A stretch of DNA of 64,000 nucleotides, from NCBI GenBank assembly GCA_031368105.1, contig JANLQY010000121.1, forward strand, positions 7,975 to 71,974. The letters run 5' to 3'. This document shows positions 7,453-16,541 of the stretch, one piece after another. Origin of the DNA: Chitinophagaceae bacterium. Lineage in GTDB: Bacteria; Bacteroidota; Bacteroidia; Chitinophagales; Chitinophagaceae. Numbering within the stretch: position 1 is the first letter of the stretch; each line of letters starts with the position of its first letter. The notes beneath the pieces were generated by a model. The model did no database searches. It was not told the origin of the DNA and saw nothing but the letters and a program-made list of their open reading frames with translations. Position numbers and translations under genes: made by a program.

Positions 7453-9495
7453 TTATCTTCTTTGAAACTCCGGCGAACCTAAAATAATTCCTACCACCTG
7501 CGCCAGCATACTGTTATTGCCGGGAGCACTTGCCATTGCTGCATCACCGCCTTTACCATTTTTACGCAGCATTTGCCTGGCTGCTTTTTCTTCACTGATA
7601 TTTTTATTTTCCTTTTTGTTTGCCTGCATTGCATTGTCCGTCATTTCATCATTGTTCATGCTGGTTTCATTGCTGCCGGCAGAAGACTTTCCTGCTGCTT
7701 CATTTATTTTTTGCTGAATGGCGGGATCATTTATTAATGGAGTGAGCCGCTTGATGGTTGTACTTACATCTCTTTCCGGCATGATGAGTTTGCAATAAGT
7801 TGCCAGTGCTGCTTCGGCACTTTCCGGTTCATGATTATTATTGATGGCTGCAAGATTAAAACTGATACCCGGAATTTTTTGCCCGGCAAAAGCCAATCCA
7901 AAATTCATGCGGTTGAGTAAGGAGCCAGTGTTGATCCAGTAGGGTGCTTTATCCGGAAAACCAGTGGGAGCCTGGTAATAATATAATTTTTGTCCCATTT
8001 TTGATATCCATTGATACAGCATAAAAGGAGCTTTTACTTCTGCATCTAAAGCTCTCACGGCACTGATGGCTAATTCAAAAGGTGATTTTGTTTTTTCCCT
8101 CAACGCTTCTTTCTGCCAAAACTCCTGTGCTGAAACCATGCTGATCAATACCTGTTTGATATCACCGCCATTTTTAGTAAAGCTCGCTACCATTTTATCA
8201 ATCAATGATTGTGATGGATTATCATTTACAAAACGCACTGCCAGTTTCCGGCAAATAAATTTTGCTGTAGAAGGATGATGTGCCAGCAGGTTGATGAGCT
8301 GTATCCCTTCATCATATCCACCGCTGGCAGAAAATGTTTTTCCTAATACTGTTTTCTCTTTGGTATCATGCCGGGGCATGGCAAAGAAAAAATCACCTTT
8401 GTGTACAAACCCTTTTTCGGCAAGTTTATCTTCACCTACTTTATCAATAATTTTCTGGATCGCTTTTGACGGACCATAGTCACTCATTGGGTAAACCGTC
8501 CACCCTGTAAGTACTTTGGCAGCCTGGGTTACATCCTGCTGTGTGTAGCCTCCATCCACACCCAGTGTATGCAGTTCCATTATTTCCCTTGCATAATTTT
8601 CATTCAAGCCCTGGTTATTTTTATTCTTTTTTATTCTTTGCAACTGCTTCATCTCACTGCTTGAATCTTCAGGCATTCCGTCAGCAGCCCTTTTATCAAT
8701 TAGCTGCTGCAACTTTTGCTGCCGCTTTTCCATGTCTTCATTGATGCCGCTGCTGCTGAAATTATCCAGGTAAAAAAGCATTGCCGGCGATTGTGCAGTG
8801 GCCAGCAAAAGATCAGCAAATTTACCCGTAACATTAGGCCGTATAGCATCTCTTTCATACACGGGAATAAACTGTGCACAATCATTTTTGGTGGCAGACA
8901 CATTAAAATGATTGAACCAAAACTCGGTAAGCACCTGATGCAACTGGTTGTTGCTGTAAGCGGCAGATAAAATTTTTTGGTTGATAAACTGGCGAAGCAA
9001 CTCTTTCTCCGGACGGTAGCCTTTTTCTTTCATGTACGCTTCTATCTTGTCTTTGTATGTTGACCTGTTGGTTTTATCAATAGAATCTTTATTGATGAGC
9101 CCTGCATCCACAGCTTCTTTCAATACTTTTGGCCCTCTTGGGAAATTCTGTAATACCTGGGTATTGCTCATGGTCAATGCATCATATTCTTTCAGCCGCT
9201 CATTCAAATTTGCATCAGCTGCAGCACCCTCTAACTGATCGGAAAACCATTTCTCTAAACCTGTGTTCACTACTTCATCAATGGCTTGCGGTGTAGCGCC
9301 AAATGTAAACCTGTCCAGCAAATGTGCAGCAGCCTGCCTCTCTGTAAGCCCTGCTTTTTTGTACGGCATTTTAAAAACATTGCCCTCTTCATTACTATTA
9401 TAAGATGATAATAAAAAGCTAACCGAAAAAAAAATTACGATGGCAAAAAGAGGTTTATATTTTTTAAGCATAATGTATCGATTGTTTGGCTTCAA
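7453..9495 (-). CDS. DUF1800 domain protein
   Basis: The 680-aa product contains WFNHFNV and MELHTLGVDGGYTQQDVTQAAKVLTGWT signatures and is paired with DUF1501. An alternative start (MLKKYK) lies at 9471. Confidence 0.8.
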   Translation of the reverse strand: MKPNNRYIMLKKYKPLFAIVIFFSVSFLLSSYNSNEEGNVFKMPYKKAGLTERQAAAHLLDRFTFGATPQAIDEVVNTGLEKWFSDQLEGAAADANLNERLKEYDALTMSNTQVLQNFPRGPKVLKEAVDAGLINKDSIDKTNRSTYKDKIEAYMKEKGYRPEKELLRQFINQKILSAAYSNNQLHQVLTEFWFNHFNVSATKNDCAQFIPVYERDAIRPNVTGKFADLLLATAQSPAMLFYLDNFSSSGINEDMEKRQQKLQQLIDKRAADGMPEDSSSEMKQLQRIKKNKNNQGLNENYAREIMELHTLGVDGGYTQQDVTQAAKVLTGWTVYPMSDYGPSKAIQKIIDKVGEDKLAEKGFVHKGDFFFAMPRHDTKEKTVLGKTFSASGGYDEGIQLINLLAHHPSTAKFICRKLAVRFVNDNPSQSLIDKMVASFTKNGGDIKQVLISMVSAQEFWQKEALREKTKSPFELAISAVRALDAEVKAPFMLYQWISKMGQKLYYYQAPTGFPDKAPYWINTGSLLNRMNFGLAFAGQKIPGISFNLAAINNNHEPESAEAALATYCKLIMPERDVSTTIKRLTPLINDPAIQQKINEAAGKSSAGSNETSMNNDEMTDNAMQANKKENKNISEEKAARQMLRKNGKGGDAAMASAPGNNSMLAQVVGIILGSPEFQRR

Positions 9496-9636
9496 TGTAA
9501 ATGTAAGGTTGTTAGGATACTTTCATTTGGTAAAAGTTTAATAATTATCCAAAGAAAATTATTCCGCTATTGTTGCTGATTTTGGATAAAAATAAAAGCA
9601 GTCATTTTTCAGAAACCATTTTTCTTATCTTTGCCT

Positions 9637-11130
9637 ATGGCAATAAGAAATATCCCCATCAGGAACAATAACTCCAACAAAAATTTCGTAGAAGGATTAA
9701 CATTTGATGATGTGCTTTTGCAGCCAGCATACTCCTCTGTATTGCCTAGGGATGTGGACATTAGCGCCTTTCTTACAAAAACTATTCACCTCAATGTGCC
9801 CATGCTGAGTGCAGCCATGGATACGGTAACAGAAGCATCGCTGGCCATTGCATTGGCAAGGCAGGGTGGGCTTGGCATTTTACATAAAAACATGACCATT
9901 GAAAAACAGGCCGACCAGGTACGAAAAGTAAAAAGAAGTGAAAATGGTTTGATACTGGATCCTGTTACCCTAAGCCCCGATGCCACTATCGGCGAGGCCG
10001 TCAGGCTGATGAGAGAAAATAAAATTGGCGGCATCCCCATTGTAAATGCACAACATAAATTGGTAGGCATACTCACCAACCGTGACCTACGCTTTGAAAC
10101 CCATTACAAAGAAAAAGTAAGTACGGTGATGACCAAAGATAACCTCATCACTGCACCGGAAGGCACCGACCTGAAAAAAGCAGAACTCATTTTCAAGAAA
10201 AATAAAATTGAAAAATTACCAGTGGTAAATAAAGCCGGTGTATTGATCGGGCTGGTAACCTTCGGTGATATTTTAAAACTCACAAGCTATCCCCACGCCA
10301 TCAAAGATTCTTTCGGAAGATTGCTGGTAGGTGCCGGTGTGGGCATTACAAAAGATACACTGGAAAGAGTAGCAGCATTGCATCATGCAGGGGTAGATGT
10401 TATTTGTCTTGACAGTGCCCATGGCCATACCAAAGGCGTGATTGATACACTGAAAGCAGTAAAGAAAAGTTTTAAAAAAATACAGGTTATTGCCGGCAAT
10501 GTTGGAACAGGGGCAGGTGCAAAAGCCTTGGCAGATGCAGGTGCCGATGCGGTAAAAGTGGGCATTGGCCCGGGTTCTATCTGCACCACTAGAATTGTAG
10601 CAGGTACGGGTGTTCCGCAGATTACTGCTGTGATGGAAGCTGCTGCTGCATTAAAAAATAAAAATGTGGGCATCATCAGCGATGGCGGTATCCGCTATAC
10701 TGGCGACATGGTGAAGGCATTGGCAGCAGGTGCCACCTGTGTGATGATGGGCAATGTATTCGCAGGGACAGAAGAAAGTCCGGGGGAAACAATTATTTAT
10801 GAAGGCAGAAGATTTAAGCAATACCGTGGCATGGGTTCATTAGGAGCAATGGCACAAGGCAGCAGCGACCGCTATTTCCAGGATCCTGAAGATGACATCA
10901 AAAAATTTGTACCCGAAGGCATTGAAGGAAGGGTGGCATTTAAGGGCCCGGTTAAAGATATTGTACATCAGTACACCGGCGGGCTCAGAGCAGGTATGGG
11001 TTATTGCGGTGCACAAAATATCAAGGCACTGCAACAGGCTATTTTTATAAAGATCACCAACGCCGGCATGAAAGAAAGCCATGCACATGATATTGCCATT
11101 ACTAAAGAGGCTCCGAATTACAGCAGGTAA
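9637..11130 (+). CDS. guaB: IMP dehydrogenase
   Basis: It has [10 protein letters not shown], a CBS pair (GGIPIV...LTNRDLRF; KLPVV), the catalytic loop [11 protein letters not shown], and GGIRYTGD. The track start at 9631 is a TTG, so the first ATG (9637) is used here. Confidence 0.95.
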   Translation: MAIRNIPIRNNNSNKNFVEGLTFDDVLLQPAYSSVLPRDVDISAFLTKTIHLNVPMLSAAMDTVTEASLAIALARQGGLGILHKNMTIEKQADQVRKVKRSENGLILDPVTLSPDATIGEAVRLMRENKIGGIPIVNAQHKLVGILTNRDLRFETHYKEKVSTVMTKDNLITAPEGTDLKKAELIFKKNKIEKLPVVNKAGVLIGLVTFGDILKLTSYPHAIKDSFGRLLVGAGVGITKDTLERVAALHHAGVDVICLDSAHGHTKGVIDTLKAVKKSFKKIQVIAGNVGTGAGAKALADAGADAVKVGIGPGSICTTRIVAGTGVPQITAVMEAAAALKNKNVGIISDGGIRYTGDMVKALAAGATCVMMGNVFAGTEESPGETIIYEGRRFKQYRGMGSLGAMAQGSSDRYFQDPEDDIKKFVPEGIEGRVAFKGPVKDIVHQYTGGLRAGMGYCGAQNIKALQQAIFIKITNAGMKESHAHDIAITKEAPNYSR

Positions 11131-11284
11131 AGCTTTGCTTTTTTTACTACCTTGTCATAGCAAATGGTTCAGTTTATTTATGTTGATAACAATAGTTTCT
11201 TTATTTGAAAATACCTATCGGTCTTATTCTTTAAAAGTTTATTTTTACAAGACATCTTTACAAGACAAATTAAAATATCGGTTT

Positions 11285-14200
11285 ATGAAAAAAATTTTTA
11301 CAAGCGTCCTGATTTCGTTTTTACTGATAACAGCCCAGGGCCAGGTAGGTACCAATGTGGTCATCAGCCAGGTATACGGTGGTGGAGGAAACGCTGCCGC
11401 TGCATTTCAAAATGATTTTATTGAATTATTCAATCCTACACCAGTTGTCCAATCGCTTAATAACTGGAGTGTGCAGTATGCAAGTGCCACCGGCACAAGC
11501 TGGCAGGTAACAAAGCTTACCAACTTTATGCTGCAGCCCGGCCAATATTACTTAGTAAAATTAGCCAGCGGCGGTGCTGTTGGTGCAGTATTGCCAACTG
11601 AAGATGCTCTTGGAACATCTAACATGAGTGGTACCAATGGTAAGGTTGCCTTATCCAATGATACCTTTGCAATAACCAGTTGTTTACCTAACCCGGCTAT
11701 TGTTGATATGGTAGGCTATGGTACCGGCAATTGTTTTGAAGGTGCTGCTGCAGCGCCAACATCTGGAGGTAATACCAATAGTGTAATGCGTGCCAGCAAT
11801 GGTTGCCAGGATGGCAATAACAACAGCTTAGATTTTACCGGCACTGCTGCCAATCCAAGAAACAGCAGCTCGCCTTTGAGCACCTGCGGTGCAGCTTCTC
11901 CGGTTTTGTTTTCTCAACCCGGAGTATTAAATATCAGCACCTCTGCAGGAACAGCCTCTGCCGTTAGTTCCTACAATTTATCAGGAACCACCCTTGCACC
12001 TTCAGCCGGAAACATCACTGTTACAGCAGGAACCGGTTTGGAAATATCATTAAGCAATAGCGGGCCATTTGGTGCTTCCGTATTGGTACCGTACAGTGGC
12101 GGTATATTAACAGCCACACCTGTTTATGTAAGGATAGCTGCTTCAGCGCCCCTGGGTGCTTTTAGCAGCAGTACTACCAATAGCGGTGGCGGTGCCACTA
12201 ATATAACCGTTCCTGTTAATGGTGGTGTGTACCAAAACTATTATAACACTAAAGCAAATCTTGGATTAAATAATTTGGGTACTTGGAGCAGCACATTGAA
12301 CGGCAGTGGAGCTTCACCTGCAGCATTTGCAGATGCTTACCAGTATTTCAATATTGTTAACCAAACCAATGCTACTTATACAGGAATATGGGATGTAAGT
12401 AATGCAGGCAACAGCAGTCATATTGTGGTAGGTGATGGCGTTAACCCCATCAGCTTTACTGTGCTACCGGATGCAGATTCTGTTACACAGGCTTCAAGGG
12501 TAGATATAATGAACAATGGCACACTTGTAATAGCAAATCTCCGCAAGCCATTTATCAATACCCTGAATGTTGGTTCTACGGTTGATTTTGCAGTAACAGG
12601 AACATCAGCTACTGATACCGTACGCATTCCTTCATTATCTTATTCCAATCTTAAATTGACCAATGGTTTAAAATATCTTTCAACAGGCACTACTACTGTA
12701 AGAGGTAATTTTATAATGGATGGAGTGGTAAGTTTTAATGGCGCCAGCACTTCTGTTTCAAAACTAAATGTGATGGGCAATATCAATTGTCTTAGTCAAA
12801 GTACTTTTGATGCTTCTGATGCAGGCCGCATCAGCATTGCAATGAACGGAGGCTCGGGTACGCAATCATTTAATGGTAACGGTACAGAATTCAAATTATA
12901 CCGTATTCAAAGAGATACCACTACATCTCCTGATGTGATAACACTTGGGGCCAACACTACCCTTACACTAGGTACGAGCGCCGGGGGTGGTATACAACTT
13001 AGCCAGAGTGGTACCAATACCACCACATTAAATATTGCTGGCAATACAATCAATATGAATTCAGCTTCTTTCGTTACTACCTCTACCACGGGATCATTAA
13101 ACAGCAATGGCGGTACTCTCAACATCAATAAAAATACAGGTACCGGCAGTAATGCAGGCATATTAAGGTTTGTACCGGGAGCATTACTCAATACACTCAA
13201 TATTAATTTTGACCCGGCATTTGCAAAAGATACTGTTAACCTGTATGATACCGTAATGGTACAAAACCTCATTCTTAACAGCGGCAAGCTTGTGGTGAAC
13301 TCCAGTACAAATGGTTTACTGGATATGCCCAATGGAGGTATCATTACCGGCGGTTCTGCCACTGCTTATGTAGATGGTAAGATGAGGCGTACAAGCAACG
13401 GTACTGTTACTTATCCTGTGGGCAGCAACAGTAAATATGCTCCTGTAACAGTGGCAGTAACAGCAGGCGGAACCAACAGCTATACAGTTCGCTATTTCTT
13501 TAAACCTTATGGCAATTATGGTATTGATCCAACTACACTGGCAACTTTCCCTACCTACAATGTATCAAGGTTTGAATACTGGACAGTTGACCAGGCAATT
13601 ACTCCCGGCACTGCCGATCTTACTTTCTTCTGGAATGATGCCAACAGCCATATAAGTGATATCACACCTTTAAGAGTTGCTCACTTTGATGCTACTGACT
13701 GGAATGATATAGGCGGCACCGTTACACCTGGCAGCACTACTACCATCGGCAGTATTAAAGCAACCGGTGTTACTACTTTCAGTCCGTTTACACTTGCAGC
13801 TACGCTGTTAAATGTATTGCCGGTAAAATTAGAATATATCCGTGGCCAGCGTAATGGCAGCCGCAATGCACTAAACTGGAAACTTACCTGCACCAGTGCC
13901 AGCATCACCATGGAAATAGAAAGAGCAGCTGATACCCGTAACTTCAGCCGCATTGGCAGCATTACCGCTACACAGGCAAGGTGTGGAATGCCATTTGATT
14001 TTACTGATGCTCAACCTTTACCAGGTCATAATTATTACCGGTTGAAGATGATTGATATTGATGGAAAAATTTCATATTCCCCGGTAGTCCTGGTCAACAG
14101 TAAAAACAACGGTTTGGAAATAGTGGGTCCTTATCCTTCGATCGTAAAAGATGAAACCAATCTCAGCATTGCAAGTGATAAAGCCACTGCAATCGAGACC

Positions 14201-14368
14201 TTCATTACAGACATGAGTGGAAAAAAATTGCAAAGCAATCACCAGTCAATCCCTGCAGGCAGCAGCCTTATCAGGGTAGATTGCACAAGGCTTGCAGCAG
14301 GTATTTACCAGTTAACTACTATTGATGCCAACCAGAATATCAATACAATAAGATTTATAAAACAATAA
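11285..14368 (+). CDS. Large secreted lamin-tail-domain (LTD) protein with a T9SS-type C-terminal sorting domain
   Basis: The likely start is MKKIFTSVLISFLLITAQGQ (signal peptide) at 11285; the track ORF begins 68 codons upstream in the guaB overlap. The LTD signature is VVISQVYGGGGN...NDFIELFNPT. A long T/S/N/G-rich beta-rich middle follows, and the last ~80 aa resemble a Por/T9SS sorting tail. Confidence 0.8.
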   Translation: MKKIFTSVLISFLLITAQGQVGTNVVISQVYGGGGNAAAAFQNDFIELFNPTPVVQSLNNWSVQYASATGTSWQVTKLTNFMLQPGQYYLVKLASGGAVGAVLPTEDALGTSNMSGTNGKVALSNDTFAITSCLPNPAIVDMVGYGTGNCFEGAAAAPTSGGNTNSVMRASNGCQDGNNNSLDFTGTAANPRNSSSPLSTCGAASPVLFSQPGVLNISTSAGTASAVSSYNLSGTTLAPSAGNITVTAGTGLEISLSNSGPFGASVLVPYSGGILTATPVYVRIAASAPLGAFSSSTTNSGGGATNITVPVNGGVYQNYYNTKANLGLNNLGTWSSTLNGSGASPAAFADAYQYFNIVNQTNATYTGIWDVSNAGNSSHIVVGDGVNPISFTVLPDADSVTQASRVDIMNNGTLVIANLRKPFINTLNVGSTVDFAVTGTSATDTVRIPSLSYSNLKLTNGLKYLSTGTTTVRGNFIMDGVVSFNGASTSVSKLNVMGNINCLSQSTFDASDAGRISIAMNGGSGTQSFNGNGTEFKLYRIQRDTTTSPDVITLGANTTLTLGTSAGGGIQLSQSGTNTTTLNIAGNTINMNSASFVTTSTTGSLNSNGGTLNINKNTGTGSNAGILRFVPGALLNTLNINFDPAFAKDTVNLYDTVMVQNLILNSGKLVVNSSTNGLLDMPNGGIITGGSATAYVDGKMRRTSNGTVTYPVGSNSKYAPVTVAVTAGGTNSYTVRYFFKPYGNYGIDPTTLATFPTYNVSRFEYWTVDQAITPGTADLTFFWNDANSHISDITPLRVAHFDATDWNDIGGTVTPGSTTTIGSIKATGVTTFSPFTLAATLLNVLPVKLEYIRGQRNGSRNALNWKLTCTSASITMEIERAADTRNFSRIGSITATQARCGMPFDFTDAQPLPGHNYYRLKMIDIDGKISYSPVVLVNSKNNGLEIVGPYPSIVKDETNLSIASDKATAIETFITDMSGKKLQSNHQSIPAGSSLIRVDCTRLAAGIYQLTTIDANQNINTIRFIKQ

Positions 14369-14389
14369 AAAAAGTTAGCAAAATAAAAA

Positions 14390-14420
14390 GCTCCAAAGAA
14401 TTCTTTGGGGCTTTTATTTT
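14390..14420 (+). terminator. Rho-independent terminator after the LTD gene
   Basis: The stem-loop is GCTCCAAAGAATTCTTTGGGGC (the core CCAAAGAATTCTTTGG is a perfect palindrome) and is followed by TTTTATTTT. Confidence 0.7.
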
Positions 14421-14463
14421 GTCAATATAATATACTTTATTCAGCTATTTTCGTATCATCAAT

Positions 14464-15630
14464 ATGAAAAGAACCTTACATCGGATAATATTTATTTGCA
14501 TTATTGCACCCGTCTGCTTTTTATCCCGGCAGGTATTGGCACAGGATTCTTCCCATTTAAGAATATCGCTTATCACCTGCGGCCCGGGTGCTCCTGATGA
14601 TGAATTGTACACCACATTTGGCCATACCGGAGTTAGAATTATAGACAGCAGCAACATGCAGGATGCCATTTATAACTACGGAACATTTGATGCATTTGAA
14701 GACAATTTTTATTTAAATTTTATTAAGGGCAGATTGAGGTATTATGTTGCGATGGAAAATTTTAAAGATTTTCAAGATTACTATCAAGCAGCTAACAGAG
14801 GTATGACAGAGCAGGTTTTGAATTTAACCAACGCAGAAAAAAAAGCTGTCCATAATTTTTTGAATAATAATATCCAGGTAGCCAACCGGTATTACCAATA
14901 CGATTTTTGTTTTGACAATTGTACCACAAGGGTTAGGGATATTTTCAAAAAAAATCACGATTCTGCTTTTACTCAAAACCCTGCAATGCCTATTGGCACT
15001 ACCTTTCGGCAAGCCATTTATTTTTGCCTCGACAGAAACGACCAGCAATGGAGCAAACTCGGTATTGATCTTTTGCTTGGCAAGCCCTGTGATGCTGTGA
15101 TGACAACTGAACAAATGGATTTTTTGCCAGATAACCTGATGAAAAACATTGACAGTGCCAATCATCCATTTGTGCAGTCTAAAAATAATTTGTATCCAGT
15201 TGCCAAAAATAATTACAAAGTCTCCTTTTTTTCGCCTTTAACTGTTTTTATTATTTTACTTCTTGTGATTATTGCAATAAGCTTTTTAAAAAACAAGTTT
15301 GCCCAAATATTTCTGCAGGGATTTGATGGTTTGTTTTTCTTTTTCACCGGGTTAACAGGCATCCTGTTAATCTTTATGTGGTCTTTCACCGACCACATTA
15401 TGACAAAAGAAAATTTTAATTTACTCTGGGCATGGCCCACACATGCTGCAATTGCTTTTTTTGTAAACAGTAAGAAGCAATGGGTTAAAAAATATTTTGC
15501 ATTTACCGCAGCAGCAATGACCATTGTTTTGCTGGCGTGGTTCTTTTTGCCTCAGCATTTAAACAGTTCCCTCATTGTAATTTGTTTGCTTCTTTTATTC
15601 AGGAGCGTAAGTAAATACATGAGTGTATAA
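14464..15630 (+). CDS. DUF4105 / Lnb-like membrane protein (candidate Bacteroidota lipoprotein N-acyltransferase family)
   Basis: After the signal peptide comes ISLITCGPGAPDDELYTTFGHTGVRI, the typical DUF4105 N-terminal signature. The C-terminal third contains several hydrophobic helices. Confidence 0.65.
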   Translation: MKRTLHRIIFICIIAPVCFLSRQVLAQDSSHLRISLITCGPGAPDDELYTTFGHTGVRIIDSSNMQDAIYNYGTFDAFEDNFYLNFIKGRLRYYVAMENFKDFQDYYQAANRGMTEQVLNLTNAEKKAVHNFLNNNIQVANRYYQYDFCFDNCTTRVRDIFKKNHDSAFTQNPAMPIGTTFRQAIYFCLDRNDQQWSKLGIDLLLGKPCDAVMTTEQMDFLPDNLMKNIDSANHPFVQSKNNLYPVAKNNYKVSFFSPLTVFIILLLVIIAISFLKNKFAQIFLQGFDGLFFFFTGLTGILLIFMWSFTDHIMTKENFNLLWAWPTHAAIAFFVNSKKQWVKKYFAFTAAAMTIVLLAWFFLPQHLNSSLIVICLLLLFRSVSKYMSV

Positions 15631-15641
15631 ATTGAAATGTT

Positions 15642-16442
15642 ATGCTTACAAAAAATTTCAGCTTTCAAAATAAAAAAATTTTTTACCATGTTTACGGTCA
15701 GGAGAAAACAGTTGTATTGCTGCATGGCTTTGGCGAAGACAGCAGCATCTGGCAGCCACAAATAAATTTTCTCCAAAATCATTTTCGGCTTATTGTTCCC
15801 GACCTGCCTGGCAGTGGACAATCTGAATTGATCAATGATGCAAACATTGAAACCTACGCCGAAATAATAAAAGAGATCTGCAATCTTGAATTCCAGTTGG
15901 CAGAAGGGACTCTCATCGGCCACAGCATGGGCGGTTATATTACACTTGCCTTTGCAGAAAAATATCCGCAATACTTAAACGGCTTTGGCCTTTTTCATTT
16001 GTCTGCATTTGCTGACAGTGATGAAAAAAAACTGGTAAGAAAAAAAGCAATTGAATTTATTAAAGAAAATGGAGCCGGTACATTTTAAAAAACAAGTATC
16101 CCCGGTTTATTTACCAAAGAATATGCAGCAAAGCAGCCCGAAAAAATGGAGGAGCTGATTGAAAAGGGAAATGATTTTACAGCAGCAGCACTGATACAAT
16201 ATTACGAAGCCATGATAGCCCGGCCCGACCGGACAGCAGTACTTACTAATTTCAATAAACCAATTTTATTTATCATCGGCGAACAGGATACAGCAGTGCC
16301 TTTGCAAAGCAGCCTTCAGCAATGTTACCTGCCGGCACAATCGCATATATATATACTCGCCAGCTCTGCCCATATTGGTATGTGGGAGGAGGGGGATAAA
16401 GCCAATAAAATTTTGTTCGACTTTTTATCAGGGATTAAGTAA
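15642..16442 (+). pseudogene. Alpha/beta-hydrolase interrupted by one in-frame TAA (16086-16088)
   Basis: ORFs 15642-16088 and 16146-16442 are in the same frame (504 nt apart). Reading through gives ...IKENGAGTF*KTSIPGLFTKEYAAKQPEKMEELIEK... with no other stop. The hydrolase motifs are split across the stop: HGFGEDS and GHSMGG lie upstream, and the acid/His region (GEQDTAVP...SAHIGMWE) lies downstream. Confidence 0.75.
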
Positions 16443-16541
16443 CCGGTAATAGCAAAAACTCACATCCGCTTTTTAACCCGTACAAATAACGGGCAGCCTT
16501 TTCGGATAATTCTGCGTCTATTTATTATTATCTTTATACTG

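Noticed and set aside
9626-9633. A perfect match to the Bacteroidota -7 promoter box (TATCTTTG) in front of guaB.
   Set aside because: It ends only 3 nt before the guaB ATG (9637), so a transcript starting downstream of it would lack the start codon. It is probably coincidental in AT-rich DNA.
10771-10790. GAAGAAAGTCCGGGGG, which resembles the conserved GGAAAGUCCGGGC core of RNase P RNA.
   Set aside because: It lies inside the well-conserved guaB coding frame (…GTEESPGE…), and no flanking RNase P helices are apparent.
11081-11284. N-terminal extensions proposed by the ORF track (11081 for the LTD gene; likewise 47360-47503, 22888-23010, 29918-29947, 29976-30014, 44479-44502, 46685-46732).
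   Set aside because: These extensions overlap upstream genes or consist of low-complexity, hydrophobic translation of AT-rich intergenic DNA. Downstream ATG codons give canonical N-termini, either signal peptides or conserved family starts.
12907-13362. Long antisense or shadow ORFs inside bigger genes (for example 12907-13362, 15552-15971, 1575-1994, 18033-18374, 33342-43649-type entries, 62488-62811).
   Set aside because: Each lies entirely within, and opposite or out of frame to, a much longer ORF with recognisable domains. Their translations are low-complexity and carry no motifs.
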